This document shows, piece by piece, positions 53,213 through 61,687 of a DNA stretch of 64,000 nt. The stretch comes from a candidate division NC10 bacterium CSP1-5 (GTDB taxonomy: Bacteria > Methylomirabilota > Methylomirabilia > Methylomirabilales > CSP1-5): positions 324,956-388,955 of the forward strand of contig LDXR01000002.1 of the NCBI GenBank assembly GCA_001443495.1. The letters run 5' to 3'. Under the pieces are notes generated by a model, which saw only the letters and a list, made by a program, of their open reading frames with translations, was not told the origin of the DNA and did no database searches. The stretch's first letter is position 1, and each line of letters starts with the position of its first letter. The translations under genes and the position numbers were made by a program.

Positions 53213-55024
53213 TCAGAATGCGGCCGAAAACTCCACGCCGGCGGTGAAGGCCGTTTCTTTGTCAATGGCTGTTCCCGTGGTCCCGAGGAATGCCTTGTTG
53301 ATGGCTCCCACGCTCGACCCCGGGACGAACACGCTGAAGAAGGGCTGGATCCGGAAGTTGTTGATGTTGTACCCGATGTTGCCGTTGATCTCGAAGCCCA
53401 TATAGCTTTTGTCCAAGTCGGGCAGCGCATTCTTGATCGTAGTCTGGTTGGCGATGACGGTCGCATCGGTGCGGGGGTCACCCGCGACGCAACCGAAGGT
53501 CCCAAAGGCGGTACAGTTCTGGGCCGCCTCGGCTACGTTCGCCTCGGTCTTGTCCCACCATAAGAGGTTGAAGCCAAAGTGGGTGTCCCAGTTCTTGTCG
53601 ATCTTCCCCAGCACGCCGCCAGAGACCTTCATGAAGCCCGGGTTGCCGCCCTTCCCGCCCCGGTTGTTGAAGCACTGGGGGTCGGCGCCGGCGCAATTGA
53701 CGCCCAGCGTCTCGTCCGGGACGATGGTACCCAGGGTCGGCCCCGTGCCTCGACCGGTCACGTCAAAGCCCCAGCCATCCTCGGAGTTGGCCCCAAGGCT
53801 CGCTGGGCCAAAGCTCGAGATCGACTGGCCTTTAAAGCCGTCCTTCCGCAAGGCCGCCGTGAGGTTTGAGACCGGCACGTAGCCTTCATACTTATCGTCA
53901 AACGCGTCGCCGTCGCCTCTGTGCCACTCGAAGCTGACGTATGGGGTCCAGCCGGGTGCCCCGATCGCTGCGCCATCGAGGGCCAGCTCGAAGAAGATGG
54001 CGAAGGATACGAGGTCGTAATCATCTTTGTTTGTCGGCCCAGGGGCCAAAAGCGTGTTCGGCGCGGATTTACCCAAGAACCCGGCACCCACGTTCTCGAT
54101 CTGGCCCAGGAGGCCCGCGGCCTCAGCTGTCAGGGTCACCGGACCACCACCGAAGTTGCTTTTCACCACTACGGCAGGCCGGAACTGATCACTTGTCGAC
54201 GTACTAGCATTGGCGGTGGGAAAGCCTCCAAGCCCTCCCACGGGAGCCGAGAACTCGTTTTGGAGCTCGGACTGCGGCACGTGACGTCTGTAATAGACGA
54301 TCATGGGGGCGATGGTCGTGCCCTTAATTACGTTGATGTTGACTCGGCCCATGAAGAGTTGGGCATTCTGACTCGAGTCCAAGTCGGCAGAACCACCCGC
54401 ACCAGGGAGGCCGGTCAACGTGGTGGGGCAAAATGCCGAGTTGCCCGTGAAGAGGGATCCTCCCCGGTCGCAATTCGACACGTAGTGCCACGCGACGTCC
54501 CATGACAATGAATCGCCGCCCCCGATCAGCCAGATTCCGGGATGCTCATCCGTCCAGATGAGCCCCCCTTCCGGGTCGAAGGCGTGGACATCGTATCCGA
54601 CTCCCAAGGTCCCGACCTCCGGGATCTTGTAGTACAGGGCGAACCGTTCCATGTTGACGTTGTTCTGATCCACGGAGTTCGCGTCGATGTTAACCTCGAT
54701 CTCGAGGTTGGCGTGGATCCGGAGGGGGCCCCTCTCCAAGGTGAATAACAGGTTGTTGTAGTTGAGGATACCCCAGTCCTGGTCCCCGAGCGCTGTGTCC
54801 GGCGAGACGAAGCTCCGGAAGTTGCCAGTCGGAAGGCCGAGACGGTTTGTTCCCTCGCTGATGAGATCCAAGCCCTGCAGCGTGAACGGCACGAACTTGG
54901 TACTCATCCCGAACTTGAATTCGGTGCCGTCGGCCGCCTTGATGAGTGAAACGTCGGCCCACGCCGACAGCGGTAACGCCCCTGAAAGGCCTATGATCAG
55001 GAGGAAGAGCAATCGTTTTTTCAT
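53213..55024 (-). CDS. outer-membrane beta-barrel (porin-like) protein, family not recognised
   Basis: 603 aa with signal peptide MKKRLLFLLIIGLSGALPLSAWA. Shows alternating amphipathic strands rich in G/N/D/Y and a C-terminal ...GVEFSAAF (terminal Phe) typical of OM barrels. Confidence 0.6.
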   Translation of the reverse strand: MKKRLLFLLIIGLSGALPLSAWADVSLIKAADGTEFKFGMSTKFVPFTLQGLDLISEGTNRLGLPTGNFRSFVSPDTALGDQDWGILNYNNLLFTLERGPLRIHANLEIEVNIDANSVDQNNVNMERFALYYKIPEVGTLGVGYDVHAFDPEGGLIWTDEHPGIWLIGGGDSLSWDVAWHYVSNCDRGGSLFTGNSAFCPTTLTGLPGAGGSADLDSSQNAQLFMGRVNINVIKGTTIAPMIVYYRRHVPQSELQNEFSAPVGGLGGFPTANASTSTSDQFRPAVVVKSNFGGGPVTLTAEAAGLLGQIENVGAGFLGKSAPNTLLAPGPTNKDDYDLVSFAIFFELALDGAAIGAPGWTPYVSFEWHRGDGDAFDDKYEGYVPVSNLTAALRKDGFKGQSISSFGPASLGANSEDGWGFDVTGRGTGPTLGTIVPDETLGVNCAGADPQCFNNRGGKGGNPGFMKVSGGVLGKIDKNWDTHFGFNLLWWDKTEANVAEAAQNCTAFGTFGCVAGDPRTDATVIANQTTIKNALPDLDKSYMGFEINGNIGYNINNFRIQPFFSVFVPGSSVGAINKAFLGTTGTAIDKETAFTAGVEFSAAF

Positions 55025-55140
55025 TTCCCTACCTCCCTGTGTGTCAGAGTCATGAGGCGGGTGAACCCACTTCCCTCTTCACCGTTCCCTCACTTCATCG
55101 GCATCCCTCCCTTCCTCGAGTTATTTCTTATTTCCCGGAT

Positions 55141-57159
55141 TTATTTCCCGGCCTCCGACCGGGCGCTCGCCGCCGGCCGGAGCAGAAAGAGGTTTAAGGT
55201 GGCCCGGTCCTCGAGGGCCGAGAGGAGCACAACATCCCGGCGCCCGTCGCCGTCGAAATCACCGAGCGCCACGTCCCGGGCCCCGCCCTCGACCGGCGTG
55301 GTCTCCCAGTTCTTTTCAAACTTGTCCCCGGAGCTCACATAGCCCACGACCGAGGCGGCCCCTGCCGGCTCGCCGAAGAGGCGGATCTGGAGGCCAAGAT
55401 GCACCCGGTTCGCCACGGTGATGAGCTCGATGTTTCCGTCCCCGAAGAGGGGCGGTCCGGCAATGACCCGGCGGGACAGGACGCGCCGCTCTGCGATCTT
55501 TTCGGCTTGTGGCTGCGTCGCGGCGCGAAGCGTTTCGGGAAGCCTCAGAGCGCGGGGGGTCTGCAGGAATCCGGCGTGGTCCACCTGTCCCAGGCTCTCC
55601 TTCCCTGTCCAGATTTCCTCCCCGTTTCGAGAGACCAACAGATGACCCTTCCAGTTTATCGAGGTGACGGCGGCTGAACCCTTGTCCCCAACCTCAAGGA
55701 TGGCGAAGTCATAAAGCCACGCGTTCTTTCCGGGCAGGGGCAGGGGGCCTTCCTCGACATACTGCTTCCCCTTCCAGGCCATTTTGAGGATTGGCCCCCC
55801 GATCGGCTCATGGGTCCCCATCTGCTGGGCGAGGAGGAGTGGCCGGTCCCGACCCGGGATGCGCTCGACCCGGAGAAAGTATGGCAGCCTGCTTGCCACC
55901 GGCTTGAGCGCGCGACCGTCAAGCTCCAGGGCGAGGGACTGGAGGCGGTTCCGCATCTCGACGCCGGCCGGAACGCTGGAGATGGCCGTGACAAAGATCT
56001 CCTCCCGGCCGTTGCCGTTGATGTCAGCGGCATCCACCGCGAGGTACCGGACGAACTTCTCGTTCTCCAGATGCCCGGCTTGCAGGGTGAATCCCTTGTC
56101 CGTCCACCGGTACACAAAGACCCCGGTCTCGGAGATCCCGACCAGCTCAGGCCGCCCGTCGCCGTCCACGTCCGCCGCCGTAATCGCAATCAGCGTCTCG
56201 GCAACCTCCTTCCGGATCGGACCACCCTTCTCCCCCTCCCGGACGATCTCGCCAGGCTCCCTCTCCTTTCTCGTGATGACAAAGCCGGGCGGGGCTCCGT
56301 CAGCCTTATCCGGAGGTGTGGGGGCCGGCGGGATTGCCGGTTTCTTTCCGGTCCATTCGGGAGGGGGGACGAGCTTCTCTGAAGGAGGGGTCGGCGGGGG
56401 AGAGGGCTGGGCCACTGTTGGGGCGAGCGAGAGCGCCTCGGCGTACGTAGCGGTCGTCTGGCCCGAGAGGACCGAGCGAGCCTTGACCGCGAGCCGCACC
56501 CCGCCAGGAGCAGGGAGGAGTACGGGTTCGAGGAAGAGGCCGATCTCGCCAGCCGCCTTCAACCGCTTTGCCACCTCATCTGCATCAGGAGGGCCAGGCA
56601 GGCGAACCACGCGGAGCCGCGGCTTGCGACTCAGCGCGAGCTCGAGTGCCTGGTCCACTACGGGTGCGCTCGCCTCGGGGTGACGCGCGAGGTCGCTGGC
56701 CGGGACGAGGAAGATAGTGATGCTGGGCGGGTGGACCACGCGGTCTCCGGGACGAGGGGCGGTCTGCGACCAGACGACGATGCCCCGGGCGACATCGTCC
56801 CGAACCTCGGTCAGGCGAACGGCGCCGATCACGACGGGAAAGGCGGTCCGGGGTTTGTCCGGCTCGCGCATCAGGAGATACTCCGAGTCCGGACGGGCCC
56901 CGCTCCGGTCGAACTTGACCACGACCCCCGTGGGAGGAATGTCAAACGTGACCCGACCCCCGACTTCCGGGCCTTTCGAGAGATCGGCCGTAAATTGTTC
57001 GGCGATCTTGTCTGCGGCGCTCACCAGCTGAGAGGCATCGGCAGCGAGACCTGGCGGAGGGTGGATGCAGAGCGATGCAAGGAAGATGAGGAAAGAGACC
57101 AGAACACTAAAACCCAGTTCTGATTTATGGCCCTTTCTTCTCACCTCTTGTGTCCTCAT
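55141..57159 (-). CDS. FG-GAP/VCBS repeat-containing exported protein
   Basis: Repeated DxDGDG-type motifs (AADVDGDGRPELV, AADINGNGREEIFV, GDFDGDGRRDVVL) plus a Pro-rich linker. A hydrophobic N-terminal segment follows ATG 57159; the alternative start is 57210. Confidence 0.7.
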   Translation of the reverse strand: MRTQEVRRKGHKSELGFSVLVSFLIFLASLCIHPPPGLAADASQLVSAADKIAEQFTADLSKGPEVGGRVTFDIPPTGVVVKFDRSGARPDSEYLLMREPDKPRTAFPVVIGAVRLTEVRDDVARGIVVWSQTAPRPGDRVVHPPSITIFLVPASDLARHPEASAPVVDQALELALSRKPRLRVVRLPGPPDADEVAKRLKAAGEIGLFLEPVLLPAPGGVRLAVKARSVLSGQTTATYAEALSLAPTVAQPSPPPTPPSEKLVPPPEWTGKKPAIPPAPTPPDKADGAPPGFVITRKEREPGEIVREGEKGGPIRKEVAETLIAITAADVDGDGRPELVGISETGVFVYRWTDKGFTLQAGHLENEKFVRYLAVDAADINGNGREEIFVTAISSVPAGVEMRNRLQSLALELDGRALKPVASRLPYFLRVERIPGRDRPLLLAQQMGTHEPIGGPILKMAWKGKQYVEEGPLPLPGKNAWLYDFAILEVGDKGSAAVTSINWKGHLLVSRNGEEIWTGKESLGQVDHAGFLQTPRALRLPETLRAATQPQAEKIAERRVLSRRVIAGPPLFGDGNIELITVANRVHLGLQIRLFGEPAGAASVVGYVSSGDKFEKNWETTPVEGGARDVALGDFDGDGRRDVVLLSALEDRATLNLFLLRPAASARSEAGK

Positions 57160-57347
57160 TCCTTCATTGGACTCAGGAATTTCATTACGATGGGACTCTG
57201 GACGACGCATTCATCAACGAGTCGCTTCCGGGCCGCCACGGGATGGCGCCCTGGCGAAAAACCGGCAACGGCCATGGGTGAGCCTAATTGTGCTGCTTCT
57301 TTAATCCGGAACGGGGCACTCTGTCAAGAAGTTTTTTAAAAATTCTC

Positions 57348-57376
57348 TTGACAAGGGGAAAGGCCCTGGATAGATT
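57348..57376 (+). promoter_or_regulatory. sigma70-like promoter TTGACA-N17-TAGATT upstream of xoxF
   Basis: TTGACA at 57348-57353, an exact 17-nt spacer, then TAGATT at 57371-57376. This implies a 5' UTR of about 170 nt. Confidence 0.6.
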
Positions 57377-57553
57377 TGGGCCCTACGCGGAAAGTAAAAA
57401 GTCGTTCTTTTTTCCTCTCGATGTGTATCAGCGGCAAAATAATCAGGAGGAAGGGAGGTGACAGATTCGGAGGCACTGCTGCCAAGTCAAAGGGAATGTC
57501 CGGGAAGTGTGGCTTGACCGAATGTGTGTGCGCAACTCTGAGGAGATTCGACT

Positions 57554-59341
57554 ATGAAGCGCAGTGGAGTGCTCTTTCTGATACTGCTTTTACTCCCCTT
57601 TTCGGTTTCTGCCAATAAGGATATCCTCACGCTCCAGCAGGATAACAACCAGTGGGTGCTGCAGCGGCAGAACTACTCCGCCCAGGGGTACAGCACCCTG
57701 AACCAGATCACCACGGAGAACGTGAAGAACCTGAAGGTCGCCTGGTCCTTCTCACTCGGGACCCTCCAGGGGCAAGAAGGGGGGCCGCTGGTTGTCGGCA
57801 GCACGATGTACGTCCACAGCTCCTTTCCGAACAACGTCTACGCCCTCGATCTGACGAAACCGGGGGCGCCCATCATCTGGAGCTACCACCCCAAACAGGA
57901 TGCGAAAGCGCCCCCGGTCGCCTGCTGTGACCTCGTCCACCGGGGCTTGAACTATGCCGAGGGCAAGATCGTCATGAACACCCTCGATGCCCAGGTGATC
58001 GCGCTCGACGCCAAGACGGGCAAGGAGCTCTGGAAGATCCGGAATGGCGATCCGGGCAAGGGTGAGACGTACACCGGGCAGGGCATGATCATCAAGGACA
58101 AGTTTATCACCGGGATCTCCGGGGGTGAGTTTGGGGTCCGGGGGTGGGTGGTCGCCTACGACCTCAACACCGGCAAGCAGATCTGGAAGGCCTACAGCAT
58201 GGGGCCGGATGAAGACCTCCGCCTGGCAGCCGACTTCAATAATGCCAACCCCCACTTTGGCCAGAAGGGCGAGGGGACCAAGACCTGGCCCGGCGAGCAA
58301 TGGAAGATCGGTGGCGGCACGACCTGGGGCTACTGGTCGTACGATCCTGAGCTCAACCTCTTCTACTACGGGACTGGGAACCCCGGGACCTGGAACCCCA
58401 CGCCGCGCAAAGGGGATAACAAGTGGTCCATGACCATCTGGGCCCGCAACCCCGACACCGGCGAGGCGAAGTGGGCCTACCAGATGACCCCCTGGGACGC
58501 GTGGGACTACGACGGGGTTAACGAAGGAATCCTCAGCGAGCAGACCATCAATGGCAAGAAGTACAAGACCATCACTCACTTCGACCGCAACGGCTTCGGC
58601 TACACGCTGGACCGGACCAACGGGACCCTCCTCGTTGCCGAGCCCTTCGTGTACGTGAACTGGGCCACCGGGATTGACAAGAAGACTGGCCGGCCCATCG
58701 AGGTGCCCGCGAAGCGGACCAAGCAGGGGGCCGACACCAAGAACATCTGCCCCTGCGCCATGGGGGGTAAGGACCAGCAGCCCGCCGCCTACTCCCCGAA
58801 GACCAACCTCTTCTACGTCCCGACCAACAACATGTGCATGAACTATGAGGGGGTCGAGGTCAAGTACACGGCGGGGGCGGCCTACGTGGGGGCGAACGTC
58901 CTCATGTTCTCCGGCCGCGAGGGGAAGGATAACTACCTCGGCGAGTTCATCGCCTGGAATGGCGCCACTGGGAAGCGGGCGTGGGCGATCAAGGAGAAGT
59001 TGCCGGCCTGGAGCGGCGCCCTGGTGACCGCCACGGATATCGTCTTCTACGGTACCATGGATGGGTGGTTCAAGGCGGTGAGTGCCAAGGACGGCAAGGA
59101 GCTCTGGAAGCACAAGGTCGCCTCCGGCATCATCGCCGTCCCGATGACCTTCGTGGGTCCGGACAAGAAGCAGTACGTCGCCGTCTACTCCGGGGTCGGC
59201 GGCTGGTTCGGCGCCCCGGTGTCGCTCGACCTGCCCCAGGACGATCCCTTCGGCGCCCTGGGCGCAGTGGGGGTCGCCAAGGAAGCGGGGCTCCACAAGG
59301 CCACGACCAAGGGCGGCGTCCTCTACGTGTTCGGGCTGTAA
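57554..59341 (+). CDS. xoxF: PQQ-dependent methanol/ethanol dehydrogenase, XoxF (lanthanide) type
   Basis: 595 aa with a signal peptide and the vicinal Cys pair (VACCD). The motif WDAWDYDGVNE has Asp320 (codon 58511-58513) at the position that is Asp in XoxF and Ala in MxaF. Confidence 0.93.
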   Translation: MKRSGVLFLILLLLPFSVSANKDILTLQQDNNQWVLQRQNYSAQGYSTLNQITTENVKNLKVAWSFSLGTLQGQEGGPLVVGSTMYVHSSFPNNVYALDLTKPGAPIIWSYHPKQDAKAPPVACCDLVHRGLNYAEGKIVMNTLDAQVIALDAKTGKELWKIRNGDPGKGETYTGQGMIIKDKFITGISGGEFGVRGWVVAYDLNTGKQIWKAYSMGPDEDLRLAADFNNANPHFGQKGEGTKTWPGEQWKIGGGTTWGYWSYDPELNLFYYGTGNPGTWNPTPRKGDNKWSMTIWARNPDTGEAKWAYQMTPWDAWDYDGVNEGILSEQTINGKKYKTITHFDRNGFGYTLDRTNGTLLVAEPFVYVNWATGIDKKTGRPIEVPAKRTKQGADTKNICPCAMGGKDQQPAAYSPKTNLFYVPTNNMCMNYEGVEVKYTAGAAYVGANVLMFSGREGKDNYLGEFIAWNGATGKRAWAIKEKLPAWSGALVTATDIVFYGTMDGWFKAVSAKDGKELWKHKVASGIIAVPMTFVGPDKKQYVAVYSGVGGWFGAPVSLDLPQDDPFGALGAVGVAKEAGLHKATTKGGVLYVFGL

Positions 59342-59351
59342 CAACTAGGCA

Positions 59352-59395
59352 GACCCCGGCGCCGGTGAGCACCTCTCCGGCGCCGGGTCTTTTTT
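59352..59395 (+). terminator. rho-independent terminator 1 after xoxF
   Basis: GC-rich 13-bp stem (GACCCCGGCGCCGG / CCGGCGCCGGGTC) followed by TTTTTT. Confidence 0.8.
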
Positions 59396-59419
59396 CCCTG
59401 TTTCCCTGACAGCTCGATG

Positions 59420-59448
59420 ATCACCCCGCTCCGGCGGGGTGATTTTTT
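59420..59448 (+). terminator. rho-independent terminator 2 after xoxF
   Basis: 10-bp stem ATCACCCCGC / GCGGGGTGAT with a 4-nt loop, followed by TTTTT. Confidence 0.8.
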
Positions 59449-59562
59449 CGGTGCGGTGTTTTCGAATGCATTTCAGTGATCAAAGGTGCAGAATAGGGCG
59501 GGTGCGTGCGACGTCTGATGAAGGAGGCAGAGGATGGGGAACGTAGGCCCGGAGAGGGGGGG

Positions 59563-60459
59563 ATGAGCAGAAAGGTGCGACACCTCGCCGGAGCGCTCCT
59601 GCTCCTGATCCCCTCCGTTCTTGTCGGGGAGGCCCAGGGGGCCGAGGTGAAGGAATTGCGCGTCTGTGCCGATCCCAATAACCTCCCCTACTCGAATGAA
59701 CGACGGGAAGGATTCGAGAACAAGATCGCCGAACTAGTCGCGAAGGAGTTAGGCGCTAGCCTCACCTATTACTGGTGGCCGCACCAGCGGGGGCTGGTGA
59801 GGAATACGCTGAGCGCCGATCGGTGCGATGTCCTGATCGGGATTCCCAAGGATTACGATCCGGTCCTGGCAACAAAGCCCTATTACCGCACGGGCTATGT
59901 CATCGCCTATCGAAAAGATCGCGGCTTCCAGATCAGATCCCTGGATGATCCGATCCTGAAGAAAATCAAGATCGGTGTCCATAGCGACACCCCGCCCCAC
60001 CAGGCGTTGGCCCAAAGAGATCTTATCGGCGACAACCTGGTGCAGTATTCCCTCTTTTACGGCTGGGCTCACCCGGAGGAGCAACTCGCGAAACCTATCC
60101 AGGATCTTATCGGCGGCAAGATCGACGTGGCGATGGTCTGGGGCCCGACCGTCGGATACTATGTCAAGAACTGGTCCGCTTCGTTCTTGGAGGTGGTGCC
60201 ACTCCAGGGGGATGATCCCCACATCCCGCTCGCCTTCGAGATCTCCATGGGGGTCAGAAAGGCCGATAAAGAGCTCAGGGCCCGGTTGGACGAGGTGCTG
60301 AGCACGAGACAGGCCGAGATTAGGAAAATCCTGGAGGAGTACGGCGTGCCGTTGCTGGCTACTGGATCCCGGGTAGCATTGCCTCCGGAGGAAGAGCAGC
60401 CAGGTCAGATCGAATACCGTCGTTTCGAAAGGGAAGAACTCGCCCCGTCTCCGAGGTAA
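59563..60459 (+). CDS. xoxJ: MxaJ/XoxJ-type periplasmic binding protein (quinoprotein dehydrogenase-associated)
   Basis: ATG 59563 with a GGAGAGGGGG RBS, followed by a signal peptide. The LRVCADPNNLPYSN motif is characteristic of MoxJ/XoxJ. Confidence 0.85.
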   Translation: MSRKVRHLAGALLLLIPSVLVGEAQGAEVKELRVCADPNNLPYSNERREGFENKIAELVAKELGASLTYYWWPHQRGLVRNTLSADRCDVLIGIPKDYDPVLATKPYYRTGYVIAYRKDRGFQIRSLDDPILKKIKIGVHSDTPPHQALAQRDLIGDNLVQYSLFYGWAHPEEQLAKPIQDLIGGKIDVAMVWGPTVGYYVKNWSASFLEVVPLQGDDPHIPLAFEISMGVRKADKELRARLDEVLSTRQAEIRKILEEYGVPLLATGSRVALPPEEEQPGQIEYRRFEREELAPSPR

Positions 60460-60510
60460 GACTACGGGGCCGAGGATGAGAGCAACGATCGCGCAGGAGG
60501 AATCTTGACG

Positions 60511-60906
60511 ATGCGGCAGAGGCGGTGGATTCTTGTTGCCCTCGTCGCGGGACTGATCCTCGGCCAGCCCGGAAACGTACCGGCCCAGGACCAGGCGGTG
60601 AAGAAGCTGAACCCCTTCACGGGGAATCCCGAGGCGATCACGGAAGGGAAAAGACTGTTCTCTCTGTACGGGTGTCCCGGCTGCCACGGAAAGGAGGGTG
60701 GCGGCGGGATGGGCCGGCCCCTCCTGGACGACGAGTGGCAGTTTGGCAGCGACGACGGGACCCTTTTCAAATTGATCCGAGGGGAAATTCCGGGGCAGAC
60801 GATGCCCGATGTGTTTGGGAAAGCGATGAAGGATGAGGAAATCTGGCAGGTCATCGCCTTCATCCGCACGCTATACAAGGGGGATCCCAGTCGGATCAAT
60901 TGGTAG
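60511..60906 (+). CDS. xoxG: class I c-type cytochrome (XoxG-like)
   Basis: About 131 aa with a signal peptide, heme motif CPGCH and a distal Met region (GQTMP). Start is ATG 60511 or TTG 60505. Confidence 0.8.
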   Translation: MRQRRWILVALVAGLILGQPGNVPAQDQAVKKLNPFTGNPEAITEGKRLFSLYGCPGCHGKEGGGGMGRPLLDDEWQFGSDDGTLFKLIRGEIPGQTMPDVFGKAMKDEEIWQVIAFIRTLYKGDPSRINW

Positions 60907-61005
60907 ACAGGACATGGGCGACGACGACGGTCTTCGCTGCGACGTGCTGGTGGAAACTTCGCTCTCCTGTCAGAGGGGGCGGCGTTTTATCTAGGAACAT
61001 TGAAG

Positions 61006-61410
61006 ATGAAAGACAGCAGGTGGCTCCTTGTCGCCCTCATCCTGGGCCTTATCCTCGGCCAGCCCGGAAACCTATCGGCCCAGGATCAACCGAAGGCGAA
61101 AAAGCTCAACCCCTACACGGGCAATCCCGAGGCGATCGCGGAAGGGCGGAAAGTATACTTTCTGTATTCCTGTAACGCGTGCCACGGAGGAACGGGGGGA
61201 GGCGGGATGGCCGGCCGGCCTGGCATCCTCTATGACGATAACTGGGTGTATGGCAGCGACGACGAGAGCCTCTTCAAGTTGATGCGGGGACAAATTCCGA
61301 ACCAGACCATGCCGGCGGTCGGCCAGTCGATGACGGATGATGAGATCTGGAAGGTCCTCGCCTGGATCCGCACGCTATACAAGGGGGATCCTAGTCGGAT
61401 CAATTGGTAG
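61006..61410 (+). CDS. class I c-type cytochrome, tandem paralogue of the preceding gene
   Basis: Heme motif CNACH. It is collinear with 60511-60906 and ends with the identical C-terminus IRTLYKGDPSRINW. ATG 61006 is preferred over TTG 61000. Confidence 0.8.
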   Translation: MKDSRWLLVALILGLILGQPGNLSAQDQPKAKKLNPYTGNPEAIAEGRKVYFLYSCNACHGGTGGGGMAGRPGILYDDNWVYGSDDESLFKLMRGQIPNQTMPAVGQSMTDDEIWKVLAWIRTLYKGDPSRINW

Positions 61411-61448
61411 GCTCCGCCGGACACCCTTTCACCGACCTGCCCGTTGAC

Positions 61449-61482
61449 ACGCCGCTTTCCTGCCACAGGGGGTGGCGTTTTG
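61449..61482 (+). terminator. possible terminator after the second cytochrome c gene
   Basis: 7-bp stem ACGCCGC / GTGGCGT (one G-U pair) with a 16-nt loop, followed by TTTT. Confidence 0.4.
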
Positions 61483-61551
61483 TCTTTGCTTGGTTTCCAA
61501 ATGACCTTTCGAAGCGGCCTCCACGAGGCCTGACGTCGAATCAGCCGAATC

Positions 61552-61580
61552 TTGACAACCAAGGTGGAAAAGGATAGAAG
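61552..61580 (+). promoter_or_regulatory. sigma70-like promoter TTGACA-N17-TAGAAG
   Basis: TTGACA at 61552-61557, a 17-nt spacer, then TAGAAG at 61575-61580, about 105 nt upstream of ATG 61688. Confidence 0.55.
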
Positions 61581-61687
61581 AGGGGACCGAGTCTCAGTCC
61601 TCGCAGAAGATCCTCAGGGATCCCCGCGCCTCCCGGCACGGGTGATGCGGGGACACGTCGGTCCACTCCAGGGAGGAGCTGCCGCTC

